A DNA stretch of 64,000 nucleotides, taken from the IMG/VR virus record IMGVR_UViG_3300033076_001104. One strand, 5' to 3'. The notes below the pieces were generated by a model that was given only the letters and a program-made list of their open reading frames with translations, was not told the origin of the DNA and searched no databases. Below, piece by piece: positions 1-8,943 of this stretch. The position numbers and the translations under genes are program-made. This DNA comes from an uncultured virus (IMG/VR IMGVR_UViG_3300033076_001104) (taxonomy: Duplodnaviria > Heunggongvirae > Uroviricota > Caudoviricetes). The first letter of the stretch is position 1, and each line of letters starts with the position of its first letter.

Positions 1-43
1 GCAATTATTAATGTTTTATAATGTGTATTAAACCAATTTTTCA

Positions 44-331
44 TTATTTAACTTGTTTTTCTAATGTCTTTAGTTCCTCATCAATTTGTGTTTGTCTTTG
101 AACATCTAACATTTTACGGTCAGTAGCCTGAATCATTCTTTTTTCTGCCCTAAGACCTTCTATTTTTAAAACAATATTCAATTCTTGTTTTGTGTATGTA
201 GAATCTTTTATTGATTTAATTTCATTTTTTATTTTAGTAATTTCTCTACTATCACTACATCCTTTAAAGAATGTTAGTAATGCAATTCCTAATACAATAG
301 CTGTAAAATTATCTTGGATGAATTTTTTCAT
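44..331 (-). CDS. Small membrane-anchored coiled-coil protein (possible lipoprotein / spanin-like)
   Basis: 95-aa ORF with N-terminal hydrophobic helix ending FFKGC (lipobox-like) and charged coiled-coil remainder; TATTTATA box upstream at 351-358. Confidence 0.5.
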   Translation of the reverse strand: MKKFIQDNFTAIVLGIALLTFFKGCSDSREITKIKNEIKSIKDSTYTKQELNIVLKIEGLRAEKRMIQATDRKMLDVQRQTQIDEELKTLEKQVK

Positions 332-349
332 ATTATTTTATTTTTACTT

Positions 350-1159
350 TTATAAATAGTTTAGTAACCCGAAACTTTCGTTTCTTAGTTTTTTTATTGC
401 TTTATCCTTTAATTGTCTAATTCTCTCTTTTGTACACCCAAATTCCTCTCCGAGATCTTCTAAATTTGACTCAGTACCAGTTAAACCGAAGTATCTTATA
501 ACAATTGTTCTCTCTCTTTCGTCCAACACACCCAACATAAGTTGTACCTTTTTCTTAATTTCTTCAGATGAATTCAAGAACTGTTCGGGTGAATCGGCAT
601 CTTTATTTGGTATAACGTCTATTAAAGTATCACCATCTTCATTTATTTCATTGAATAACCCAACACAATATGGTAAGGATGTAAAACTACTAGTGTCATC
701 ACTAAATAAAAAACTATCCTCTTCTGGAACGTCTTCTTTCTTTTTGTTTTTTTGTGCCTCTTGAACTAAGTTAGATGGAATTCTAATTGTTCTTGCATTT
801 TCATTCAACGATGCCATGATGGATTGTCTAACCCACCAAACCGCATATGAGATGAATTTCAAACCACTGGTTGGGTCAAATTTATCTGCGGCTTTCATCA
901 AACCGATGTTACCTTCAGATATTAAATCCATAATATCTAAACCTTGGTTTTGATACATTTTTGCAACTGAAATAACAAAACGTAAATTACCAACGACTAA
1001 TTCGTTTAGTAATTTTTGTTTTTCGTTCTTGGTTGTTTTTGGATTAATAAGTTCTTTAAAGATTTCCTCTTGTCTTTCGTGAGTGATTACAGGAATCTTT
1101 CTGATGTCTTTGATGTACTGTTGAATTTCTTCAGTACTGATGATAACTGATTTTTTCAT
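350..1159 (-). CDS. rpoD: RNA polymerase sigma-70 factor, RpoD/SigA-like, lacking region 1.1 (Bacteroidota-type)
   Basis: Region 2 motifs VVGNLRFVISVAKMY, DLISEGNIGLMKAADKFDP, FISYAVWWVRQSI; region 4 HTH LEDLGEEFGCTKERIRQLKDKAIKKL. Start moved to MKKSVII (ATG at 1159). Confidence 0.92.
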   Translation of the reverse strand: MKKSVIISTEEIQQYIKDIRKIPVITHERQEEIFKELINPKTTKNEKQKLLNELVVGNLRFVISVAKMYQNQGLDIMDLISEGNIGLMKAADKFDPTSGLKFISYAVWWVRQSIMASLNENARTIRIPSNLVQEAQKNKKKEDVPEEDSFLFSDDTSSFTSLPYCVGLFNEINEDGDTLIDVIPNKDADSPEQFLNSSEEIKKKVQLMLGVLDERERTIVIRYFGLTGTESNLEDLGEEFGCTKERIRQLKDKAIKKLRNESFGLLNYL

Positions 1160-1207
1160 AAGAGAAATAGTGTAAGTTTTGTATATGATAAAAATACACA
1201 AAAAAAA

Positions 1208-1651
1208 TCACATTTCAAAATTATCTAAGAAATTTTTTTCATCGTCAGTTAAACTCTCAATTCCCGACTTTTCAATTTTCTCTAAAACCTCATCCAAATC
1301 AAAGTTTTTTGGTTTTATATACTCAATTTTAATGTTCATTTCCCCCTCTTTAGGTTTGAATATGAAGTCTTTTAACTTTTGGGGTAGGTGTGCGGTTATT
1401 AAAGTATCCAACGGATATAATAAATAAAACTTTATAGTGTCGTTAACCATAACACTTAGTAATTCAGTCGATAAGTTAATCCCATCATAATCTGAATCAA
1501 ATATAACAATTATACTATTATTACTTTCGATAACGTATCTCAAGGTTTTAACGGCATCTAATTCCGCCAAAACCTTCATACAAAAAAATTCCACCTCATC
1601 ATGGTCCTCAAATGTACCATAAATAAAAAGTGTGTATGATTTAACATCCAT
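1208..1651 (-). CDS. Hypothetical protein with C-terminal DUF6576-like motif
   Basis: C-terminal LDEVLEKIEKSGIESLTDDEKNFL. Start moved to MDVKSY (1651) to avoid overlap with the upstream gene. Confidence 0.55.
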   Translation of the reverse strand: MDVKSYTLFIYGTFEDHDEVEFFCMKVLAELDAVKTLRYVIESNNSIIVIFDSDYDGINLSTELLSVMVNDTIKFYLLYPLDTLITAHLPQKLKDFIFKPKEGEMNIKIEYIKPKNFDLDEVLEKIEKSGIESLTDDEKNFLDNFEM

Positions 1652-1652
1652 A

Positions 1653-2300
1653 TTAATATTTGTTACCTTTAGATTTAAATTTCCAATATACCCCTCCACC
1701 AACATAAGGCGTTAGTCTTCCAAGTGTTCCATCAAAAACTCTATTGTTGACTCCAATATCTACTCTATAGATTTTATCCTCTTTAGTTTTATACATTACA
1801 CCAAATCCAATAGAATTAACGAAATCAATATCATTACTACTTACGTTAACACCATAATAAAGTTTACCTACCGGTTTCTCAGGAAAACGTAAGGTGTCAT
1901 AAACAACTTGTTTTTTAACCTTTGGGTTGGTGAACTTTCTATCTACTACCTTATTTTCACTTATTGTTTCATTTAATACAATAGTACCAATTCCATTTGG
2001 TAGTGTCAATACTTCAGATATTGGATTTTTAACATAAAAATTCTTCATTATTAACATAGTATCAACCGGTAACGTGATGGTATCATGTACCTCAACTGTT
2101 ACAGGTACCTCAACAGGTACTTCGACTTCGACCTCGGTTTCATATGGTATTGTGTCATGTACCGGATATGGTATACTATCGATTGAATTAGAATATATAA
2201 CCCTATTCGGCATAATACCTTTAGGGTTACAATATTCTAAAATAATGACAATCAATAGAAAAAGAATTATTACATTTCTAAATTCAAATATCTTTTTCAT
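1653..2300 (-). CDS. Exported/membrane protein with C-terminal amphipathic beta-strands (envelope or lysis accessory)
   Basis: N-terminal hydrophobic helix ending LEYC; repeated DTI/DSI motifs; ends in aromatic beta-strand YVGGGVYWKF. Confidence 0.5.
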   Translation of the reverse strand: MKKIFEFRNVIILFLLIVIILEYCNPKGIMPNRVIYSNSIDSIPYPVHDTIPYETEVEVEVPVEVPVTVEVHDTITLPVDTMLIMKNFYVKNPISEVLTLPNGIGTIVLNETISENKVVDRKFTNPKVKKQVVYDTLRFPEKPVGKLYYGVNVSSNDIDFVNSIGFGVMYKTKEDKIYRVDIGVNNRVFDGTLGRLTPYVGGGVYWKFKSKGNKY

Positions 2301-2302
2301 TT

Positions 2303-2719
2303 TTATTTTAATAATAACATACTAGTGGTTATAATTGCAACAAAGGAACCGATTTTATAGAAAAAGGTTTGTCTTCTTTGTGCCTTTAGTTCTTTAAATA
2401 GACTTTCGGATTTTTGTCTTTCTAAACTAAATTGTTCATCTTTTTTACCAATAATGGTTTCAAGATTTATGATTTTCTGATCCTTTAATGAATCTTTCTC
2501 TTTGTACAATCCAATTTGTTGGTCTTTTAATGATATTACTTTATTTAAATCATTAACCTCAGCAATTGCACCATCCCCTTTAATTAAGTCCTTTATTACT
2601 AATTTTGCTACAGGTACTTTTAATGCAACAATCGTATCAACGTTTGTCTTGGTAACGGTCTGAGAAAAACTTTCCAAGGTCGCTAAAGTTATAATTGTCA
2701 ACAGAATCAATTTTTTCAT
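2303..2719 (-). CDS. Secreted coiled-coil protein with C-terminal TM helix (spanin-like candidate)
   Basis: Signal peptide MKKLILLTIITLATLESFSQ, long coiled coil, C-terminal hydrophobic IGSFVAIITTSMLLLK; overlaps upstream gene by 83 bp. Confidence 0.5.
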   Translation of the reverse strand: MKKLILLTIITLATLESFSQTVTKTNVDTIVALKVPVAKLVIKDLIKGDGAIAEVNDLNKVISLKDQQIGLYKEKDSLKDQKIINLETIIGKKDEQFSLERQKSESLFKELKAQRRQTFFYKIGSFVAIITTSMLLLK

Positions 2720-2981
2720 TTGTTTGTTTTTTAATAATAGTTATGTTTTTTGTAACGTTGTTGATGTCCCCATCAACTTTATCGATTTCTTTATCGATTG
2801 TGATAATTTGTTGTGTTAATTGTTCATTAACATTTGAAATTGAATCAATTTCAGTTTGGATTGAGTCTATTTTCGCATTGTAAGAATCAATATCCGTTTT
2901 AATACCGTGTCCTTGGAATATACTATATGCAGCCAGACATGCGATAATAAATAGAAGAATGTTTTGTTTATTTATTTTCAT
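2637..2981 (-). CDS. N-terminally anchored coiled-coil protein (i-spanin/Rz-like candidate)
   Basis: N-terminal TM (ILLFIIACLAAYSIF) followed by heptad-rich helix. Confidence 0.5.
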   Translation of the reverse strand: MKINKQNILLFIIACLAAYSIFQGHGIKTDIDSYNAKIDSIQTEIDSISNVNEQLTQQIITIDKEIDKVDGDINNVTKNITIIKKQTNEKIDSVDNYNFSDLGKFFSDRYQDKR

Positions 2982-3014
2982 ATATATTATGTTTATACTA
3001 ATAAATATTTTAAA

Positions 3015-3045
3015 ATAAAAATGGAGACCGAAGTCTCCATTTTAT
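3015..3045 (-). terminator. Rho-independent terminator downstream of clpP (possibly bidirectional)
   Basis: Minus strand ATGGAGAC-TTCG-GTCTCCAT-TTTTATTTT: perfect stem with cUUCGg tetraloop and U tract. Confidence 0.85.
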
Positions 3046-3067
3046 ATATACATATATGTATTATTTG

Positions 3068-3730
3068 TTATTTTTTTCTGACAACCTCATCAATAATACC
3101 ATATTGAACTCCGTCTTCAGCGGATAACCAAAAATCTCTTGATGCATCTGCCATTACTTGTTCTTTTGTTTTATCACAATATCTACCAAGTAATTCAAAT
3201 AAACGTTCATTTTTCTTTTTCCACCATTTCATTGTGATTTCGGCATCTTGGATATTTCCAACGGCACCTCCTGATGATTGGTGTAACATGATTTCCGCAT
3301 CTTCTAATGCACCTCTCTTTCCTTTGGTTCCTGCACCTAATAGAACCGAGCCCATAGATGCGGCCATTCCCGTACAAATTGTTCTAATATCTGATTTAAC
3401 ATATTCCATAACATTAACCATTGATAAACCCGATTTTACCGAACCACCTGGTGAATCAATGTGCATCGTAATATCATTATGGTCAACACTATCTAAGAAC
3501 ATTAATTGTGCTTGTACAATTGTTGACATGTGATCATCAACAGGACCTGCAACCCAAATGATTCTTTCCATCATTAAACGAGAAAACACGTCCATTACGG
3601 TTACGTTCATTTGTCTTTCTTCCAAAATGTATGGTGTAAGACTGTTTTCTAATTGTGAATTGTACTGATGTAATTTTAACGACCCAATTCCGTGGTCTTT
3701 TGCGTAAAGGTTAAAGTCTTTAATATTCAT
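3068..3730 (-). CDS. clpP: ATP-dependent Clp protease proteolytic subunit
   Basis: MDVFSRLMMERII, IDSPGGSV, CTGMAASMGSVLL (catalytic Ser), IMLHQ (His), RDFWLSAEDGVQYGIID. Confidence 0.96.
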   Translation of the reverse strand: MNIKDFNLYAKDHGIGSLKLHQYNSQLENSLTPYILEERQMNVTVMDVFSRLMMERIIWVAGPVDDHMSTIVQAQLMFLDSVDHNDITMHIDSPGGSVKSGLSMVNVMEYVKSDIRTICTGMAASMGSVLLGAGTKGKRGALEDAEIMLHQSSGGAVGNIQDAEITMKWWKKKNERLFELLGRYCDKTKEQVMADASRDFWLSAEDGVQYGIIDEVVRKK

Positions 3731-3750
3731 TTTTCTAAGTTTTGTTTTTA

Positions 3751-3758
3751 CAAATATA
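3751..3758 (-). promoter_or_regulatory. Bacteroidota-type -7 promoter element TAnnTTTG upstream of clpP
   Basis: Minus strand TATATTTG (plus caaatata) 20 nt upstream of the clpP ATG; exact match to TAnnTTTG. Confidence 0.5.
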
Positions 3759-3774
3759 CGATATATTTTTCTTT

Positions 3775-6117
3775 TTAAGAAATTTTTGTTGTGATATAAT
3801 CAATTGATGATATATTTTCTTCTTTTTTAATCATAATGATGTTATCTGACCAGTTTCTAATTAAAGGGTTATGAGAAATTACTATAATATGTTCAAAGTA
3901 ATTTTTAATCTTTTTAAAGAATTCTCCAACCATCTCTAAGTTTTCATCTGCCACTTTACCAAATACCTCGTCCATAACAACCACATTTGGTTTAGGTAGT
4001 GAGGATATTTTAGTTAAAACACTTCTAAGTGCTAACGATGAAATTGTTCTTTCATATCCACTACCAGCATTTAATGGTTTTACTACACGAGTTTCAGTAT
4101 CAATCATTACAAACTCAACCTCATTTTTATCATTTACATTTAATTCTAATATGAAGTGACAACTATCAACCAATAAACGATAAAGTTCTTGATTTAAAAG
4201 TGGTATCATATTTTTCATGATTACTTTTGAAATACCGTTCTTACCATAAATTGTTAGATAGGTTTTAAACACTGCCATAAGTTCTTCTTCTGATTTAATT
4301 TTTTTAATTAAATCTTCATTCACTTCAATCTTACTCTTCATAACACCGATATTAGTGTTATTTTTTTCAATTGAGTTTGTGGTGATTCTGATGTCGGCGT
4401 TAGCGGTTTCAATTTTAGATCTTAATGCAACGATTTCGATGTCAATTTTTTGATTCTCTTCTAATTTCTTTTTATTATTTTCATAATTGTCTAATTTAGA
4501 TTGTTTAACAGTGATTTCATGTGCCTTCTGTTCAACCTCTAATTCATATCTCGCTTTACGAAGTTTATTTCTTTCATAGACATCAAACTCAGTTTTTAAT
4601 GATTCAAATCCTTTCTCTTTATCTTTTAAACCATCAAATTGAATCTGATTTTTTTCTTTCTCTTTTTTTAAAGTCTCAATTTCTTTTTTGATGTTTTCAA
4701 TTTCATCTGTATGGTCGACATCATCTAACGATCTCTTACATGTTGGACATATAGTACCTTCAGTTAATTGTTTTATTAATTTCTCTTTTTCATTTTTTTC
4801 GTATGTACACGCAACATCAATACCTTGTAATTTAGATAATTCATCTTTCAATGATTTATGTAATTCTTCATCATAGTATATTGACGGTTCAGTGACATCT
4901 ACACCATCAGCATATTTTTGACTTTGGTCTTTTTGATTTTTTAAATCATCAATTTCTCTTTGTAATAATGTTGGGTTTGTTTTTATTAACTCAGCATCAA
5001 CATCATTATTTTTCTTACTAAGAATGTCGTCTTTTCTATTTTCTAAATCTTTAAGATGTTTACCCAAACGCTCAAGTTCATTATTACATCTCTCAATTTC
5101 ATTTTCGGAATTAATGATACTATCGTTATATGATGTATTATCAATCTCTAATTGAGTAATATTATAGGTGTTTGACACAAGTTTCTTACTCCAATCATTA
5201 TAGATTCCTTTTGCAATTTCTTCCTTTTGTCTAAGACTCTCTAATCCCATAAATTTGGTTAGAATTTGTCCTCTTGCGGTTGGTTTTGACTCTATTAATT
5301 GTTCGAGATTGTTACCCGTTGTCATGATGGTGGTTAAGAAATCTTCTTCACTACCAATTGCGGATTCGATAAATGTTTCTGTTTCTCTTCTTTGTTCCCC
5401 ACTTAAATTCTCAATAGTTCCATCTTCTTTCTTTTTAAAGAATTCCAATTTATTGGTAACATTGTATTCCCCCGATTTTGATTTTTTACGAGTTAATTTT
5501 CTCTCAATCAAATAATCGTCACCATCTATATTAATCTCACCTTTAACTACTACTTCATCTTTATCACTGAATTTATTAAAAATTTCGATTGCAGTTTTGG
5601 TTTTTGTTGTTGAATTAAAAAACAAAAACATCAACAAATCCACTGAAGATGTTGATTTACCTCCGAAGTTTTTTGGGGTTGATTCAATAACCGTGATACC
5701 ATCTAATTCAGTATAATCAATTACGTTATTTTCACCAAAAGATAGAAAATTGGAGAACTCAATTCTTTTAACGTACCATTTATTAAATCTGATTTTGTTT
5801 TGTGTTAACTTGTCAATTTCACCATTAACTCTATTATCTAACCTTTCGATTAGTTCCCATTTTGTTTGAATACCATTTTCTTTAATGAAATCTTTCATTA
5901 ATTGTTTTTGGTATTCGTTATCAAGGATGTTATCAGATGCTTCTAATGACTCTAAAACAATGTTTGATTTATTAACTAATGTTTTAGTAATAACCTGAAT
6001 TGATTTTGTATTGTATTTGTCTTGGAAGTATGCTTTAACCCTTCTAATTTTTTCTGGTGTAAAATTTTCAGGAGTGTCTTCCCAAGTTACTTTAATAAAC
6101 GGATTGTTGTATTTCAT
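3775..6117 (-). CDS. sbcC: Rad50/SbcC-like recombination endonuclease ATPase subunit (T4 gp46-like)
   Basis: FSNFLSFG, Walker A NFGGKST, long coiled coil with zinc hook CPTCKR, signature GSGYE, Walker B VVMDEVFG, H-loop VISH. Confidence 0.92.
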   Translation of the reverse strand: MKYNNPFIKVTWEDTPENFTPEKIRRVKAYFQDKYNTKSIQVITKTLVNKSNIVLESLEASDNILDNEYQKQLMKDFIKENGIQTKWELIERLDNRVNGEIDKLTQNKIRFNKWYVKRIEFSNFLSFGENNVIDYTELDGITVIESTPKNFGGKSTSSVDLLMFLFFNSTTKTKTAIEIFNKFSDKDEVVVKGEINIDGDDYLIERKLTRKKSKSGEYNVTNKLEFFKKKEDGTIENLSGEQRRETETFIESAIGSEEDFLTTIMTTGNNLEQLIESKPTARGQILTKFMGLESLRQKEEIAKGIYNDWSKKLVSNTYNITQLEIDNTSYNDSIINSENEIERCNNELERLGKHLKDLENRKDDILSKKNNDVDAELIKTNPTLLQREIDDLKNQKDQSQKYADGVDVTEPSIYYDEELHKSLKDELSKLQGIDVACTYEKNEKEKLIKQLTEGTICPTCKRSLDDVDHTDEIENIKKEIETLKKEKEKNQIQFDGLKDKEKGFESLKTEFDVYERNKLRKARYELEVEQKAHEITVKQSKLDNYENNKKKLEENQKIDIEIVALRSKIETANADIRITTNSIEKNNTNIGVMKSKIEVNEDLIKKIKSEEELMAVFKTYLTIYGKNGISKVIMKNMIPLLNQELYRLLVDSCHFILELNVNDKNEVEFVMIDTETRVVKPLNAGSGYERTISSLALRSVLTKISSLPKPNVVVMDEVFGKVADENLEMVGEFFKKIKNYFEHIIVISHNPLIRNWSDNIIMIKKEENISSIDYITTKIS

Positions 6118-6640
6118 ATTTTTTATTTTCTACCCAAACACCTTCAATTAAATCGTATGTTTCAACGTCTTCTCTTTTAAAGGATAACCAAGATTCAATT
6201 TCGTTACTGTTGTTTGGTTTAAATGATGTTCTAAAAACTTTTTCAGGATTACGTATTGTTTCGGGTCGTATCACAATCATTTGTGTGAAATCCTTATTCG
6301 ACCTAACAAATATATTACTTTTTGATGAATCATTTATTTTTAATTTTTTATAAAAATAATATTCATCCATCCAGTACTTTTCTTTTCTAATTGGAATGTT
6401 TACGGTTTTAAAATCTAATCCCGATATTAAAGAATAGGATTTATTTTCCCAAAAACACCCTGTCCAACCTCCACCTTCAACTTCAACTCCTAAATTGGTT
6501 TCAGTTGCACCGGTTAAATCAATAACCTTCATTTCATGTGGGGTCTCGTTTAATTTTGTTTTAAATTTAACTTTAAAAAATTTTCTAACCGCCTCCCTTA
6601 CGGGTCCATCGTTAAAACTTGTATTTTTTAAAAATGCCAT
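6092..6640 (-). CDS. Hypothetical protein, possible PD-(D/E)XK-fold nuclease
   Basis: 182-aa basic ORF with IDL...GVEVE pattern resembling the D...(D/E)x(K/E) active site. Confidence 0.35.
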   Translation of the reverse strand: MAFLKNTSFNDGPVREAVRKFFKVKFKTKLNETPHEMKVIDLTGATETNLGVEVEGGGWTGCFWENKSYSLISGLDFKTVNIPIRKEKYWMDEYYFYKKLKINDSSKSNIFVRSNKDFTQMIVIRPETIRNPEKVFRTSFKPNNSNEIESWLSFKREDVETYDLIEGVWVENKKYEIQQSVY

Positions 6641-6951
6641 TATTTTATTCTACTTTCTTCGAAAAATTCGATTATGGCATTAATTGCCCAAACCATACCT
6701 GCCGTTAACATACCATCAAAAAACACTCCCACCAAATAGAAGGTATCGAAGAATGACGATGTTAATCCGTCTAAAACAATTGACATGAAAAAACCAACCC
6801 ACGTAGATGTACAAAGTGTACATGAGATTAAGTCACCAAAAAATTTAGATTTCTTTTTAATGAATTCTCGTGTTGATTCGAATATTGAACCCCACACCAA
6901 AATTGATGTCATTCCATATGCCATGAACGCCCATAAAATTACTACTTCCAT
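6640..6951 (-). CDS. DUF1360-like small membrane protein
   Basis: Three hydrophobic segments and GDLISCTLCTSTWVG (CxxC..W) motif. Confidence 0.6.
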   Translation of the reverse strand: MEVVILWAFMAYGMTSILVWGSIFESTREFIKKKSKFFGDLISCTLCTSTWVGFFMSIVLDGLTSSFFDTFYLVGVFFDGMLTAGMVWAINAIIEFFEESRIK

Positions 6952-6997
6952 AAAGTTTTTTTATTAAAATATATTAAAAAAAAAGTACAAAAAGAAA

Positions 6998-7711
6998 TTA
7001 TTCGGAATATAAACTTCCTAAATCACTATTTCTTAGATATTTCGCACGATTTAACTTATCTAATGATGATGTAATATCATCTAACTGTTTCTTAAGGTCA
7101 TTATTTTCCTTTTTTAACTTTTCGATTTGTTTTGTGTCTTCAATCACTTTTTCAACAGGAACTTCTCTAATTACTTCCACAATCTTTTCAATAGGAACCT
7201 CTTTAACAATCTCGACAATTTTTTCAACAGGAACTTCTTTCACCACTTCAACAACCTTTTCAATCGGTATTTCTTTAATGACTTCTTTGATGATAGTTTT
7301 GGATTTACCTTTAACTTCGACAGGTACTTCTTTTATCACCTCAACGATTTTTTCAACAGGAACTTCTTTAATAACCTCAACGACTCTGTCCACAGGTACT
7401 TCTTTAACAATCTCAACCACTTTTTCAACGGGAACCTCTTTTGTTATTTCGATTATTTTTTCTACTGGTACCTCTTTTATGATTTCAACGATTTTTTCTA
7501 TCGGTACTTCTTTAATGACTTCCTTTTCAATTATCTTCTCGACGATTTTTTCTTTCGATGAACCAATAGGTGTTTCGGGATATTTTATTGAGGTATATCC
7601 TTTATTAAAAATTTCTTCGGCATATTTTTCTACATCATTAATATCGTTTAATTTACAATATTCAATGAAATCAGTACTTAAATTTAATATACCTTTCTTT
7701 TTAAAATTCAT
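6998..7711 (-). CDS. Val/Glu/Lys/Pro repeat protein (VEKIVEVIKEVP repeats) with C-terminal coiled coil
   Basis: About ten 12-aa repeats in the translation. Confidence 0.8.
   Translation of the reverse strand: MNFKKKGILNLSTDFIEYCKLNDINDVEKYAEEIFNKGYTSIKYPETPIGSSKEKIVEKIIEKEVIKEVPIEKIVEIIKEVPVEKIIEITKEVPVEKVVEIVKEVPVDRVVEVIKEVPVEKIVEVIKEVPVEVKGKSKTIIKEVIKEIPIEKVVEVVKEVPVEKIVEIVKEVPIEKIVEVIREVPVEKVIEDTKQIEKLKKENNDLKKQLDDITSSLDKLNRAKYLRNSDLGSLYSE
7135..7550 (-). repeat. Degenerate 36-bp coding tandem repeat (12-aa unit)
   Basis: Recurring plus-strand acaggaacttcttt / ggtacttcttt at about 36-bp spacing. Confidence 0.85.
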
Positions 7712-7712
7712 T

Positions 7713-8942
7713 TTAATTACCTACGGGTATGTATTTGATGTTTTCATCATTTATATTAAGATACCTCCATACATCTATGACAGTAGAACCTTTTGGGAAA
7801 TTAATATTTTTAAATTCTAAATGTTTGGTTGCAATAAAATAAACACCTCTTTTAAATTCAGGAATAACCTCATCAACAAATGGGTCATAGTGTGTAAATT
7901 CCACGTTTCTTTCTTTTAGTATGTTACCTAAAAGAATTGCTGGTGACCCTAATATTAAATTTGTTTCTTCTTTAAATGTTTTACCTAAAATGTAATATGG
8001 TCCATTGTGTTCCAATATAATATCCGCTAAAAATTCTGTTTGGTTTTCCCTTGCTTCCATTATATCCTCAAAAAAATTATGTGATAAATTAATTTTATTT
8101 GCCAACCAACTCATCGCAATATTATCTCGTGGATGACATCCTCCACCATCTCCCATACCTCCATTAAGGTACTTGGTTGATATAATTCTATCGTTAGCTA
8201 ATTTTATACCACCTAAAACTTCGTCAACATTAGCACCAATTTTGTGACACATTTCCATTATGGTGTTTGAAAAAACGATTTTCATACCAATAAAAGTGTT
8301 ATATGATACTTTTATTAATTCCGCATTTTTAATTTTAGTAACATATAACGGTTTATTATGAATAGTAGAATAGAATTCTTTTACGGTATCGACAATATTT
8401 TCATTATTGGTTCCAAATAACACAAATTCAGGATTTAAAAAATCATCAATGGTTGTTCCCATTGCAATAAAATATGGATTATAACCTAATAAGAATTTAT
8501 CGTTATTTTCAATCAGTGGCAATATTTCTCGTTCTATTGTGCCGGGTAAAACGGTTGATATAATTATGACAATTTTTGAATTTGATTGATTCTCAATTTC
8601 ATTTGATAATGTTTTAATACCCTCTTTTAAAATGTTGTAATTAAAATCATCTCTTTCATTTGGTATTCTTGTACATCCTTCATAAATGTATTCATGTGGG
8701 GTTTGAATAGGTACAAAAATTATATCACTATTTTCAACAACATCTTTTACCGAACCAAAATTTATTGAATGATTTTCCAATAATTCTTTAGCTCCCTTTT
8801 CTTTGTATGGTATTTTTTTAGTTTTTAAAATGTCATTTACATTAGGGTTAATATCATAACCCCACACTTGGTGACCTTTTTGATTCATTGCCAACGCACA
8901 TGGCAGTCCTAATTTACCTAAACCAATAAAACCAATTCTCAT
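7713..8942 (-). CDS. ugd: UDP-glucose/GDP-mannose dehydrogenase family protein
   Basis: Rossmann GLGKLG, FVPIQTP, ISTVLPGT, YNPYF, AELIKVSYNTF, catalytic GGGCHPRD, LGKTFKEET. Confidence 0.9.
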   Translation of the reverse strand: MRIGFIGLGKLGLPCALAMNQKGHQVWGYDINPNVNDILKTKKIPYKEKGAKELLENHSINFGSVKDVVENSDIIFVPIQTPHEYIYEGCTRIPNERDDFNYNILKEGIKTLSNEIENQSNSKIVIIISTVLPGTIEREILPLIENNDKFLLGYNPYFIAMGTTIDDFLNPEFVLFGTNNENIVDTVKEFYSTIHNKPLYVTKIKNAELIKVSYNTFIGMKIVFSNTIMEMCHKIGANVDEVLGGIKLANDRIISTKYLNGGMGDGGGCHPRDNIAMSWLANKINLSHNFFEDIMEARENQTEFLADIILEHNGPYYILGKTFKEETNLILGSPAILLGNILKERNVEFTHYDPFVDEVIPEFKRGVYFIATKHLEFKNINFPKGSTVIDVWRYLNINDENIKYIPVGN

Positions 8943-8943
8943 A

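Noticed and set aside
7127..7820. Plus-strand ORFs of 144 and 228 aa with repeats
   Set aside because: They are antisense shadows of the VEKIVEVIKEVP repeat gene.
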